A DNA stretch of 64,000 nt from Rhizophagus irregularis (taxonomy: Eukaryota), in contig NC_089429.1 in assembly GCF_026210795.1 (NCBI RefSeq), positions 6,944,001-7,008,000 of the forward strand, written 5' to 3'. The notes below the pieces were generated by a model. That model searched no databases. It was not told the origin of the DNA and saw only the letters and a list, made by a program, of their open reading frames with translations. How positions within the stretch are numbered: the first letter of the stretch is position 1; the number at the start of each line of letters is the position of its first letter. Shown here one piece after another: positions 14,098 to 25,599 of the stretch. A program made the position numbers and the translations under genes.

Positions 14098-16166
14098 AGA
14101 GTCTTGGCTCTGAAGAGAGAGAGACGGAAAAGATGCTCGAACTAAGTGAAAAATTTATGCAAAAACTAAGTATAGGAGAAGTAGAAGAACCAATTTGGGA
14201 AAATATGGTAAAATTACTATTAGAATACCAAGATATTTTAGAATACGACGAGGAAATAGAAGGAATAACAAAAGCAGCGCAACATGAGATAAAGATAAAA
14301 GAAGGGGTAGAACCAATAAAGCAAAGAAGATACAAAGAAACAGATGAAAAGGCAAAATTTATAAGCGAAGAAGTGGATAAATTGTTAAAACAGGGAAGGA
14401 TAAGGAAATCAAAAAGTCCATGGAGTTCACCTGTTACATTAGCAGGAAAGAAAACAGGAAAATATAGGTTCTGTATTGATTACAGAAAGTTAAACAAGAT
14501 AACTATAATGGATAGTTTTCCTTTGCCAAGAATGGATGAATTGTTAGACAAATACAGAAAAGCAAAATGGTTTTCAAGTATAGATCTAGCGGCAGGATTT
14601 AATCAGGTAGAAATGAAAGAAGAAGACAAAGAAAAAACAGCATTTGTATGTTCGAAAGGATTGTTTGAATATAATGTAATGCCATTCGGTTTAACGAATG
14701 CACCAGCAACATTTCAAAGATTAATGGACGAAATATTGGAAGAATACATAAACGATTTTGTAGTAGTATATATCAATGATATTATGATATATTCAGAAAA
14801 TTTGAAAGACCATATGGAACATGTGGAAAAAGTATTAAAGAAGTTACAGGAGAATAATTTAATAATAAAATTGAAGAAATGTAGATTTTTGGAAAGAAAC
14901 ATAGAATTTTTGAAACATATTGTAGGAAATGATGGATTAAGGCCAGACGATAAAAAGATAGAAAAGATAAAAGAAATGAAGGCACCAACCACAGTAAAAG
15001 AAGTAAGATCATTTTTAGGACTTTGTTCATATTACAGAAAATTTGTGAAGAATTTTTCAAAGATAGCAAGACCAATAAGTGATTTGAGAAAGAAGGGAAT
15101 ACCTTTCATTTGGGGAAGAGAACAACAAGAAGCGTTTGAAAAATTGAAAGAAAAGTTAATACAATATCCAATATTACGACATCCAGATTGGAAGAAAGAA
15201 TTTTTATTAATAACAGATGCATCAGGAAAAGGATTAGGTGCAGTATTAAGTCAAAAAGATGAAAAAGGAAAAGAAGTAGTAATAGCATACGCAAGTAGAA
15301 GTTTATTACCAGCAGAAGAAAATTATCCGATAACAGAATTGGAATGTTTAGGAATAGTTTGGGGAATTCAACATTTTCATAAATATTTAATCGATAGAAA
15401 ATTTAAAGTAATAACAGATCACAGTGCATTAAAGGGATTAATGAATGCAAAGATACCGAAAGGAAAAAGAGCGAGATGGGTAATGGAATTACAGCAATAT
15501 AATTTTGAAGTAATACATAGATCAGGAAAAGAAAACACGAATGCTGACGCATTGAGTAGGTTATTAAAGATAGCAGAGGATCAACCAGAAATAGTAATAA
15601 TCGATGGAGTAGATGGATTAGGAAAAACAAGTATAGTACAAAATTTAATTAAAGAATGGGAAAAGCAAGGATTAAAAGTAAGATTCAATACTTATAAAAG
15701 AAGAAGAAAAGATAAAGATAAATTTTATGAATCAAAGATGGAGACAGAATGGAAATTCAGAAAAGAAGTAGTAGAACAAATAAATAGAAGAATGTTAGAA
15801 TATGATGAAAATACAGATATAATAATTTTAGACAAATCACCATATTGTGAATATTATTATCAAAAGACGAAAAGTTTTGACAGAGGATTAATTACTCCAC
15901 ATGGAAATCATGAGATGGAAAAAGAAATATTCAGATTGAAAGAAATAATAGATAAATCAATAGTGATATTTTTAGAAAAAGATGGCGATGTATGTTGGAA
16001 GAATTACATCGGAAGAGAAACAAAGAAAATGGAAAAATCATCATATCCAACATTAAAAAAGGATGAATATTTGGACATGGTTAAAATGTTTGAAGAAAAT
16101 CAGAGTGTGTACAAAGATACCAAAAGATACAGTCGAGTAAAAGTTAAAAACGACAATAGTAGCTAG
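14094..16166 (+). pseudogene. pol: Pol: reverse transcriptase + RNase H + C-terminal P-loop NMP/dNMP-kinase-like domain
   Basis: RFCIDYRKLN, MPFGLTNAPATFQR, YIND (mutated YxDD), TDASG...NADALSR, then IIDGVDGLGKT and IILDKSPYCEYYYQ. Confidence 0.92.
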
Positions 16167-16274
16167 AGAAAAGTATTTAAAGAAGTGGAGAAATGGAGAA
16201 GAGCACAGGACTAAAAATATAGAACACATAACGAAAATAACAAATTCAGAAGTAGAATCAATTAAGGAAATATT

Positions 16275-17429
16275 ATGGAAGAAAATAATTATAAGAGAAT
16301 AATAGACAATATCGAAAAAGAGAATAAGTATGAATTGAAAGAGGGAATTTTATATAGAGTGAAAGGACAAAACAAATTTAGAGTAATCAGGGATTATGAA
16401 TACGAAGGATTGATGTACATGATGCATGATAATGAATTATCAGGGCATTTTGGGATAGAAGCGACATTAGATAGAATAAAAGAAAATTATTGGTGGAAAA
16501 ATATGAAGGAAGATGTAGAAGAATATGTAAAGACATGTTGGAATTGTCAGATGAGAGGAAAACCAAGAGGAAAGAACGAATTAACGTCAATAAAGATAAA
16601 TGAACCATTCGAGATGATTGGGATAGATATAGTTGGACCATTAAAAAAGACAGAAAAGGGAAATAAGTACATTGTAGTAGCAATGGATTATTTTACAAAA
16701 TGGCCCGAGGCCGCACCACTAAAAGAAGCTACGGCGAAAGAGGTAGTAGAATTTATTTGGAGGGACATAATTTGTAGACATGGGTGTCCAAAGAAAATAA
16801 TTAGCGATAGAGGGACTCACTTTAACAATAAAATGATGGAAGAATTAGTAGAAAAATGTGGGATAAATCATAGATTAAGTACACCATATAGGCCACAAAC
16901 AAATGGTTTGGTCGAAAGATTCAATAAAACTTTATGCGAGGGATTAGCCAAATTAGGAGAAGAAAATTGGGATAAGCATATACCATCCGTATTATTTGCA
17001 TATAGAACGAAGAAGCAGTCGTCAACAAAAATTAAACCTTTTTATGCAACATATGGAAGAAGAGCAAAACTACCATTAGACAAAGATGAAAATAAGATAA
17101 CATTAGCTGACAGAATAAAAATATTAATTGAGAAGCTACCGGTAATAAGAAGAAAAATAAAAGAAAATGTGAAAGAAGTTCAAGAGAAACAAAAACAACA
17201 ACACGACAAAAGAGGAATTAGAAAACCTAAATTTGAAATAGGAGAAAAAGTATTATTATATGAAGCATGGAGAGAGAAACAATGGTCTGGAAAATTACAG
17301 AACAAATGGAAAGGACCATATTTAATTCATGAAGAATTTGGAAATGGAGCTTATAAACTCAAAGAATTGGATGGAAGAATACTAAAAACACCACAAAATG
17401 GAGAATGGCTAAAGAAATTTTATGATTGA
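16275..17429 (+). CDS. Integrase (HHCC, DDE core, GPY/F), separate ORF, no chromodomain
   Basis: HDNELSGHFG...CWNC, GIDIVG, SDRGTHF, GLVERFN, WKGPY. Confidence 0.93.
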   Translation: MEENNYKRIIDNIEKENKYELKEGILYRVKGQNKFRVIRDYEYEGLMYMMHDNELSGHFGIEATLDRIKENYWWKNMKEDVEEYVKTCWNCQMRGKPRGKNELTSIKINEPFEMIGIDIVGPLKKTEKGNKYIVVAMDYFTKWPEAAPLKEATAKEVVEFIWRDIICRHGCPKKIISDRGTHFNNKMMEELVEKCGINHRLSTPYRPQTNGLVERFNKTLCEGLAKLGEENWDKHIPSVLFAYRTKKQSSTKIKPFYATYGRRAKLPLDKDENKITLADRIKILIEKLPVIRRKIKENVKEVQEKQKQQHDKRGIRKPKFEIGEKVLLYEAWREKQWSGKLQNKWKGPYLIHEEFGNGAYKLKELDGRILKTPQNGEWLKKFYD

Positions 17430-17563
17430 GGGAGATTTACCCCAAAAATAGTAATTAAAGGAAAAGAGGTATTCGATAAGACCCGAGTTCGATTCGATTA
17501 GAATTATTATGAATAAGACACGAGTTCGATTCTATTAAAGTTATTTGTGAGGTCACAAATAGC

Positions 17564-17577
17564 GAAGGAGGGGATAA
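17564..17577 (+). promoter_or_regulatory. Polypurine tract
   Basis: GAAGGAGGGGATAA immediately before the 3' LTR TG. Confidence 0.85.
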
Positions 17578-18661
17578 TGTAAACGGTCAAATATCAAGCA
17601 TGAAAATATGATAAAATTCAACCACCAAATGTAATTACTAAATATTAAGAATGAACAAATTAATTATGAATTGGCGTAGATGGATAAATAATTAGCCGAA
17701 AAGGATAAACATTTAGGAAGAGTAATGATCTACATGATGTAATATTTGTTGAATGATTGACAAAGAACCAATAGGATAATTAGAGTCGATCAATTGCGGC
17801 TTAGCAATCTTTAACAATAAGAACAATTAGAAAGAATAATTATAAGCCACAAAAGATAGATTATAAGTAAAACACATAAAGCGAATTAAGAGAACATATA
17901 AAATAATGTCAGAAAGATTAAAGAACATAAAATAACATAAAAGATAATATAAAAAGATAATACAAAGATATTATAAAAGATAATATAAAAAGATAATACA
18001 AAGATATTATAAAAGATAATATATAAAGATAGCATATTAAAAGATAGCGTATTTAAAATATAGATAGCATATTAGAAAGATAGTTCAAAGATAATATGTA
18101 AAAAGAACGTAAAAGATAGTATATAGATAGAATAGGAAGTAGCATAAAATTTGTATAAATAGAGAGCAGAATTCAAAGTAATTCCACAGTTCTCATCCAC
18201 AGAACTCAATAAAAATATAAGTTTCATTTAATTATTTGTTAGTAAAGTTTAATATTAATTAAAGGTAATAGGTTCGCCCTAAACTTTGATTAATGTTTGC
18301 TTAATTAATTTTAATTGAATAAAATGAAAATTTAAGATGAATTAAATATACACTTTTGAAAAGTAATAAATCGTAGCGAGAGCTATCGAAGTTTGAAATT
18401 AAAGGTAAAAAGTGGATATAATTTGGGGAAAATTTAGAGAAGTTAATTTTTATTTTATATCGCTTAATGTTTTATATTACTAACGCTATTTATGTTATGA
18501 ACCAAGAATGTTGTTGTATGTTGTTCGTTGATTATGTTGTTTGATAATTATGCGGTTGAATATTTGTTCGTTCGTTCGTTTATTCGTTCGTTTGACCATG
18601 GGAATGCCCGTTCGATGTGGCAACTCTGTAAATTGATGACAGAGGGAATCGGGGGACCTCA
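17578..18661 (+). repeat. 3' LTR
   Basis: TGTAAACGG...GGGGGACCTCA; contains internal AAAGATAATAT-type tandem repeats. Confidence 0.92.
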
Positions 18662-19594
18662 ACGCCAAACTCAATTTTTTTAGAGGTAAATAATTTTTTT
18701 AAAAAAATCTTTCAGCAACACCTTAACATTTCTTTTTTTATTTTTAGGGATATCAGATATCTTGTTTTTTAAAAAGATTTCTTTTGGAGTATCTAACACT
18801 CTTTTTCTTTTATTTTTGAAAACACTGGACACATTAAAGGTAAATGGGTGTTTTTTTTGAAAAAAAAATTATTATTGAAATTTCGTTAACGTTTCTTTTT
18901 AATTTTTAGGAATACTGATTTTTCTTGAAGCTCAATGTTGTTTTTTTAAAATAAAACCAGGTTCAAAAAATTTTTTTTTTTATTTTATGAATACGACCTA
19001 GAAGGTAAATGGACAATTCTTTTAAAAAAAACTCCTATCTATTATTAAAAAATTTCTTTGAAAACTTTACTAGCCTTTCTAGAAATCTTGGACTTTCTTG
19101 AACTCTCTTGGTAAAAGAATTTGCGCCTATTTGATTTTAATTAGCAGTTTTATAATAATTTACAGAATCAGCCAATTTATTGACCAATTTGTTAAATATA
19201 TGATCGGCAAATTATTTACTGATTTGTCAACAATGTAACCTAATTAACCAAAAATGGCTCATATAAACAAACCTTTAAAATAAAAAAATAGCAATGAAAA
19301 AAAAATTTTTTGTTTATCTAGACGAAAAAACAACTTATTACGAAATTTTTTTTTTACAAAAAAGTAACCTATTTAACTAAAAATGGCATATATAAACAAA
19401 CCATTTTTTTTGTTTAAAATAAACAAACTAGTAAAATTTATGACGAAAAAATAAACAACTAGTGAAACTTATGACGAAATTTTGTTTTTTACAAAAAAGT
19501 ATGATAAATTTTTTTTTTATTTAAAAAGTAAATAAATAATTAGCGAAAACTAAACATCCTTTTTCTTCTATCTATTTTCATTTTTTATATAAAA

Positions 19595-22111
19595 ATGTCA
19601 GAAGTTTGGGAATATTTCCAAAAAATTAGAAATGACAATAATGTCATTATATCATTAAACTGCCAATTATGTGAAACAGAATATGGAGTATTAACTTCTA
19701 CAACAACACTTCGTCGACACTTAAGAAGTATTCATGCTTCTACGTATGTATATGGACCAAACCTTTTATCACAAAACTCTTCTTATACTTCTGCTGAACA
19801 AAAACATATAACAACAAAGCTTACACAATGGGTTACTGTTGATTTACAACCTTTTACTGTTGTTGAACAAGAACAGTTTCAGGAGTTAATTTATACTTTA
19901 GATCCACGTTACATTTTACCATGCAGGCAAACTTTGAAAGAAGAAGTAAATTCATTATTTTTACAAAGAAGAGCAAATGTCAAATCCGAAATTGATAATC
20001 TTACATCAAAAATTTCTTTAACAACTGATATTTGGTCTTCTACATATAATAATACAGCCTTTTTAGGAATTACAATGCATTACATTACCAATAACTGGAC
20101 AATGAAAAAATGTTTATTGGATTTTATTTCCATAGAGGAATCCCATTCAGCAGCACTAATTTTAACTAAACTAACTGATGTTTTACAAGAATTTAATATA
20201 AGTAATAGAATCATATCTCTTACAACTGACAATGGTAGCAACATGTTAGCATGTGGAAGAGAACTTGCTAATGAATTAGAGGCAGGATTTTTTAATTTTA
20301 CATTTTCTCATAATAGATGTGTAGCACATATAATCAATTTGGCAGTTAAGGCTGGAATGAAATATTTGGACTCTTCTATTGTCAAATTGCGAAAATTTGT
20401 TAATAAAATAAAAAATTCTCAATTATTAATTGATGATCTTAAAAGTATTTGTAAAATTAAAAATGTAAAATTTCTAATGCCAATACAAGATGTTGACACA
20501 AGGTGGAATGCAACTTACCAAATGATTGAAAGACAAATTTCTACACGAGATGTAATAGAAATCTTAGTGAATTCTCATAACAATATATTAAAAGATTTAT
20601 ATCCAACAGATATTGAATGGAGAAAAATATTGGTATATTTTCAAATTTTTTTTAATTTTTAATTTAAATTAAATTTTTTTATTGAATTAATTTGAAAATT
20701 AATTAAATTAATTTTTTTATATACTATTAGGAATTAGTTGATGTATTAAAACCTATGTATAAAGCTACTATTTTACTTTCATCAACATCAACACCAACGC
20801 AAGGAGATTTGCGTCTAGCTTTTTTGGGAATGCTAGCTTCTTTGCGACGTCAGCGACAATCAGATCTAGCAAATGCCATATATGACAAACTTTGGACCTA
20901 TTGGAACAGACATTTATCTAAATCATTAGCTATTTCTGCAATTCTTGATCCACGTTACAAACTTACAACTTTTCATAATCAAGAAGAACGCAAAAATTAT
21001 ATTAATCATTTACAAACTTTATTTTCTTCGTACATATCAAATTCCCAAATTACATCAAATACAACAGATGTACACTACCCTCCCAAAAGTATCCGGTCAA
21101 CCAATAAAGATCATATTTTATTAATAATAATTAATATTTAGTTGGCCATCCATGCATGCTTCAATTTGGCGTGGCATGCTCTCAATTAAATTTTAATGTA
21201 AGTTTTGGATGGAATTCTTTCTCACTTTTTTTTTAGCCATTAATCCAGTATTAAAATTTTTGTATCGAACAATTATGTCTGTAACAGTACTTTTTGGAAA
21301 TTTTAGGATATGACTGATTGCTTCATAAGTTTTTATCCTTTCCAAAGGCTAATAATTTTCTCACGCTCACTCAATTCACGAGTTTTTCACATTTTAAAAG
21401 TAGCCGAATGGCACAGTAACAAAAAAAGCAAAGATCAGCATTGGCAAAATTGAGGTGTTATTATTTGTTTTATTGCCAAATCTGGTACAAGCATCGTAAT
21501 ACAATAAAAATACATTCATTTTAATCGTTAGAACCAGGGGAATTGTTTTTTTTTTAAAAAATAATACTTTATATATTCAATCTTGAGAAAATCAAGTTGA
21601 GCTTGGCCGGATACTTTTGGGAAGGTAGTGTAACTTCGCAAGATTCAAGAACTTATTTTTAAATATGATTAATAATAGTCAAAATTATGCAGAAAATTCG
21701 GAATATGATGAAATTAATAATTATTTGAGTACACCATGTGATATTAATGCAGATCCGTTAGTGTGGTGGAATGTTCACCAAAAAAATTATCCTACACTTT
21801 CACTAATAGCAAAGGATTATTTAATTATACAAGCCACAAGTGTATCATCAGAGCAAGCCTTTTCAGTGGCAGGTAATACTATTACACAAACAAGAAATAG
21901 GCTGGATCCTGAAACAGCACGTGCAACTTTATGTCTTAAAAGTTGGATTGAGAATAAGTTGGGAATTAATATAACTAATGAAGATGATAAAGAAACTAGT
22001 AGTAATAGTAGTGATAGTGATTATTGTGATAGTACTAGTATTATTAGCAGTGAAGACAGTGATAATGATGACAGTAATAGTGAAGATAGTGATAGTGAAA
22101 GTGAAAGTTAA
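19595..22111 (+). pseudogene. hAT (Ac-like) transposase with BED finger, one intron (20633-20730), interrupted by a Tc1 derivative
   Basis: VWEYF..CQLC..LRRHLRSIH BED finger; LTTDIWS, TTDNGSN, RCVAHIINL, TRWN; dimerisation domain PLVWW..YPTLSLIAKDYL..SEQAFS; the GT-AG intron preserves frame. Confidence 0.93.
21073..21630 (-). mobile_element. Internally deleted Tc1/mariner element
   Basis: ~28-bp TIRs (CACTACCCTCCCAAAAGTATCCGGTCAA), TA TSD; minus strand retains an HTH N-terminus (RELSEREKII..PKSTVTDII) and the C-terminus (ESMPRQIEAC..PTKY). Confidence 0.92.
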
Positions 22112-24559
22112 TGTTTTTTTATTTTAATTATTCATTAATTATGTTTTTACATAAAGGAATTTTCAAAAAAAACTTTCAATAAAGTCCAAATTCAATATTC
22201 CTAAAATAAAGAAAACTTTTAAAAAAATGTATATTTAAAAGAGTTCTAATGGTTTTGGTGTTAAAAAAGAATTTTAACAAATGTCATTTACTTCCAAGAA
22301 AAGAGTTCAGCATTCATAAAAATAATAAAGAAGTCTTTAAAGTTTCTAAATAATTTTTTTTAAAAAAAATTAATTGCATCCAATAAAATCAAAGAAATCA
22401 GATATTTCTAAAAATAAAAAACGTTAGACATTTCTAAAGAATTTTTTTAAAAAAAAATGTCATTACCTTTAAGAAATAGTCTAAGGTATCTGGTGTTCCT
22501 GAAATAAAAGAAAGAAATGTTAGAGACATTTCTAAAAGAATTTTTTATAAAAAAAAACGTCTAATTACATTGTATTTAGCGTTCCTAAAATAAAGAAATA
22601 TTGGAGATGTTTCTAAAGAAATTTTTTTAAAAAAAACGCCAATTTGCCTTTAAGAAAGTCCAAAGAGTTCAGCACCCCTAAAGTTTTTTTTTAAGAAAAA
22701 TGTTTCTAAACTAGTTAATTAAAATTAAAATAAAAAATTATCAAAAAAAAAATTTGGTACAAATTTTTTTTCATAGGACCGATCGGTCCTGGTCCACAGT
22801 CCGATCCTGAACTGCGGACTGATGAAGACCGGATCAGGACTGACCAGACCGGACCATTAACATCCTTAGGCACAGGAGACCCTAAATCGCAATTTATTTT
22901 TTTGATGTCAAAAAAGCATAAGTATATGCATTATGATTATGAGTATAAATTGTCATACTCATATTCTAATTATAAAGCATAATGCTTTAAGTATTATTAT
23001 AAAATGCAACTCAAATTTTTATTTGAGCTTTTCTAAAATTGATCAAAAAACATATTAATTCTTGATGATCACCTACAACACTATCCAAATTAAGCGAAAA
23101 AATGGATAAATTTGGAAATGATCTGATCACCTTCTACGCTAAAATAAACTAAAAAATCAGACTACCAATTTTTTTTTAATAAAAATGAACTGATTTTTAT
23201 TAAAAAAATCAGTATATTGTTATATTTTTTTTTTAATTAAAAAAGCTGATTTTTATTAAAAAAATCAGTATATTTTTTGATTTTTGATGATCAACACAAA
23301 AGTAAGAAATGTAAATTTCTTCATAATCTATCAAGTCAATAATCATTTTTAGTAGCACAGAAAAATTCAGTGCAAAAGTTTCTATAATGATTGTTTAAAT
23401 CTTAGTGTCTTAAGTCTTAAATCTTATGTCTTAAGTCTTATGTCTTAATTGCCGATCCACGAATGAATCGGACCTAGTGATCGGCAAAATCAAATCTCCA
23501 CTTCCAAAAAAAGTAAAGTCGGTCAATTTTTAGCCAAACCAATTAAATTTTTTTTTTAAAAAAACTTAGAGATTAAATCTATTTTGTAAAAATATAAATT
23601 TAAGTATTTCAAAACTCAAAATTTTGCGAATTGCTTTTAAATATCATCAATTAGCGAAATTTTAGTAAAAATTATTTATCATTTTTTTTTCTAATAAAAA
23701 TACTAGCAAGAAGTCTCAAAATTCACACATATATACTTTGGACATATATTAATAGAATATTTAAAAAAAAATGATATAATAAATGTAAAAATATTTCCTA
23801 CTTTAAGGTTAACTAACAATAATCCATTTTCCCATTTTTAATGCTTATATGAAACTTTTATAAATCAATCTTTAGGAATTTAAAAATGGTAATTTTATCT
23901 TAAAATATAAGTTCTGAACATATTTAAAGCATTTATTTTCAAATTATTAAGTGAAAAAATTTTTCAGTTTTGTGTCGATGGTTACACAAATTACGAATTG
24001 AAGAAATTTAAAGTTTATTGGTGAAAGTTTGACTTTTTTAAGAGCTATTTTTGATACTTTAATAAAATAAAGCAAATGTCAAAGTTTTTTCATTAAAAAT
24101 TTCAATCTATTCGATTAAAAATTGGTGGATATTCCTATATTGGAAATGCAGATTTAAGGGGTGGTCCGATTGGTACATGGATTACTAATTAAGTCTTATA
24201 TACTAAGTACTAAATACTAAGTATATTAAAGATTAAAATGGACCTTTTTTTACCAAAAAGGAAATCTTTTTGAATTCAATGGCTAGATCAATAATAAATT
24301 AGGAAATGATTGACAATAGAAAATTTCTTAAAATTTGAAAAATTCTTCATTTTTGCAAAAAATGCTCAACAAATGATTATCTGAGTTAGTGTTCTGAACG
24401 GATCAGGTCAATTCGGGTGACCCGTCGGGTTGACCCGAAAATTTCGGGTCGGGTCATCAAATTTATGACCCGACCTCGGGTCGGGTCACAGTTTGACCTG
24501 ATTCGTTGACCCGTTTGACCCGACATAATATTTCTGGTCAGATGTGTCAAATATGTAAA

Positions 24560-25259
24560 AAAAAACGCCAAAACGTTTTTTTTTGTATTATTATTAAGAA
24601 AAAATGTTTTGGCGTTTTTTCATATAAAATTATTAAAAAAAATGCAGAAACGTTTTTTTTTATATTAATTATTATATAAAAAACGTTTCGGCATTTTTTC
24701 ATATAAAATTATTAGAAAAAAATGCCGAAACGTTTTTTTTGCATGATTATTAAGAAAAAATGTTTCGGCATTTTTTCATATAAAATTATTAGAAAAAAAA
24801 TGCCGAAACGTTTTTTTTTTGCATTATTATTAAGAAAAAACGTTTCGGCGTTTTTTCATATAAAATTTAAAAAAAACGCCAAAACGTTTTTTTTTATATT
24901 ACTTATTAAGAAAAAACGTTTCGGCGTTTTTTCATGTAAATTATATTTAAAAAAAATGCCGAAACCGTTTTTTTTTTGTATTAGTTGTTAAGAAAAAACA
25001 TTTCGGCATTTTTTCATATAAAATTATTAGAAAAAAACGCGAAACGTTTTTTTTTGTATTAGTTGTTAAGAAAAAACGTTTCAGCATTTTTTCATATAAA
25101 ATTATTAAAAAAAAATGCCGAAACGTTTTTTTTTATATTAATTATTATAGAAAAAACGTTTCGGCGTTTTTTCATATAAAATTATTAGAAAAAAACGCGA
25201 AACGTTTTTTTTTTGCATGATTATTAAGAAAAAACGTTTTGGCGTTTTTTCATATAAAA
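24560..25259. repeat. Alternating-orientation AAACGTTTCGGCG repeat array (resumes at 28637-28980)
   Basis: Repeated ~80-bp units, each holding an inverted pair of the same motif. Confidence 0.9.
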
Positions 25260-25599
25260 CTAGTTGTAGCCTGTCGCGCTGCGCCGGGGAATGGAGGGTG
25301 CATAATGATTAAAGCAAGAGAGTAATATAGCAATATATTTGTAGCATACCCGATTTGCAATGCAGATTTTTATTGTTATCATATCATTACAATTGTATTA
25401 GTATAAGGCAAAAAAATGTAAATAATTTTATGTCTCTATGACCAATAGAAGGCGAGTTATTCCATATTTTTTCTTCAGAATCGCAGATTCTAAATTATTG
25501 ATAAAATACATATGAACTTATCACCGCCTTTTAATAGTCAAATTTTATGGTTCACTGGTGGATCACGAATTAATTCTTTCCAGAAGTCCATTTTGCCTC

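Larger units (their letters stand above)
6892..18661 (+). mobile_element. Ty3/Gypsy LTR retrotransposon with an extra kinase domain (degenerate copy)
   Basis: Two related LTRs (TG...CA), PBS, PPT, and gag-PR-RT-RNaseH-(kinase)-IN domain order. Confidence 0.95.
18662..22868 (+). mobile_element. hAT DNA transposon, right end present, left TIR missing
   Basis: GGACC/CCGG subterminal repeats at 22777-22856 ending in CATCCTTA (hAT-like terminus); no matching left end found. Confidence 0.7.

Noticed and set aside
14080..14100. Programmed -1 frameshift at AATTTTAAA between protease and RT
   Set aside because: The -1 frame has TAA at 14091 within the putative slip site; loss of one A from AAAATA explains the break more simply
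15558..16275. Kinase region as an intron whose removal fuses RNase H to integrase
   Set aside because: The GT/AG pairs I tried give out-of-frame joins or hit the TAA at 16263, and the region is purine-rich with no pyrimidine tract
9770..16683. Antisense ORFs over the Gypsy coding region
   Set aside because: They are shadows of the strongly purine-biased sense strand; F/S/I/L-rich with no motifs
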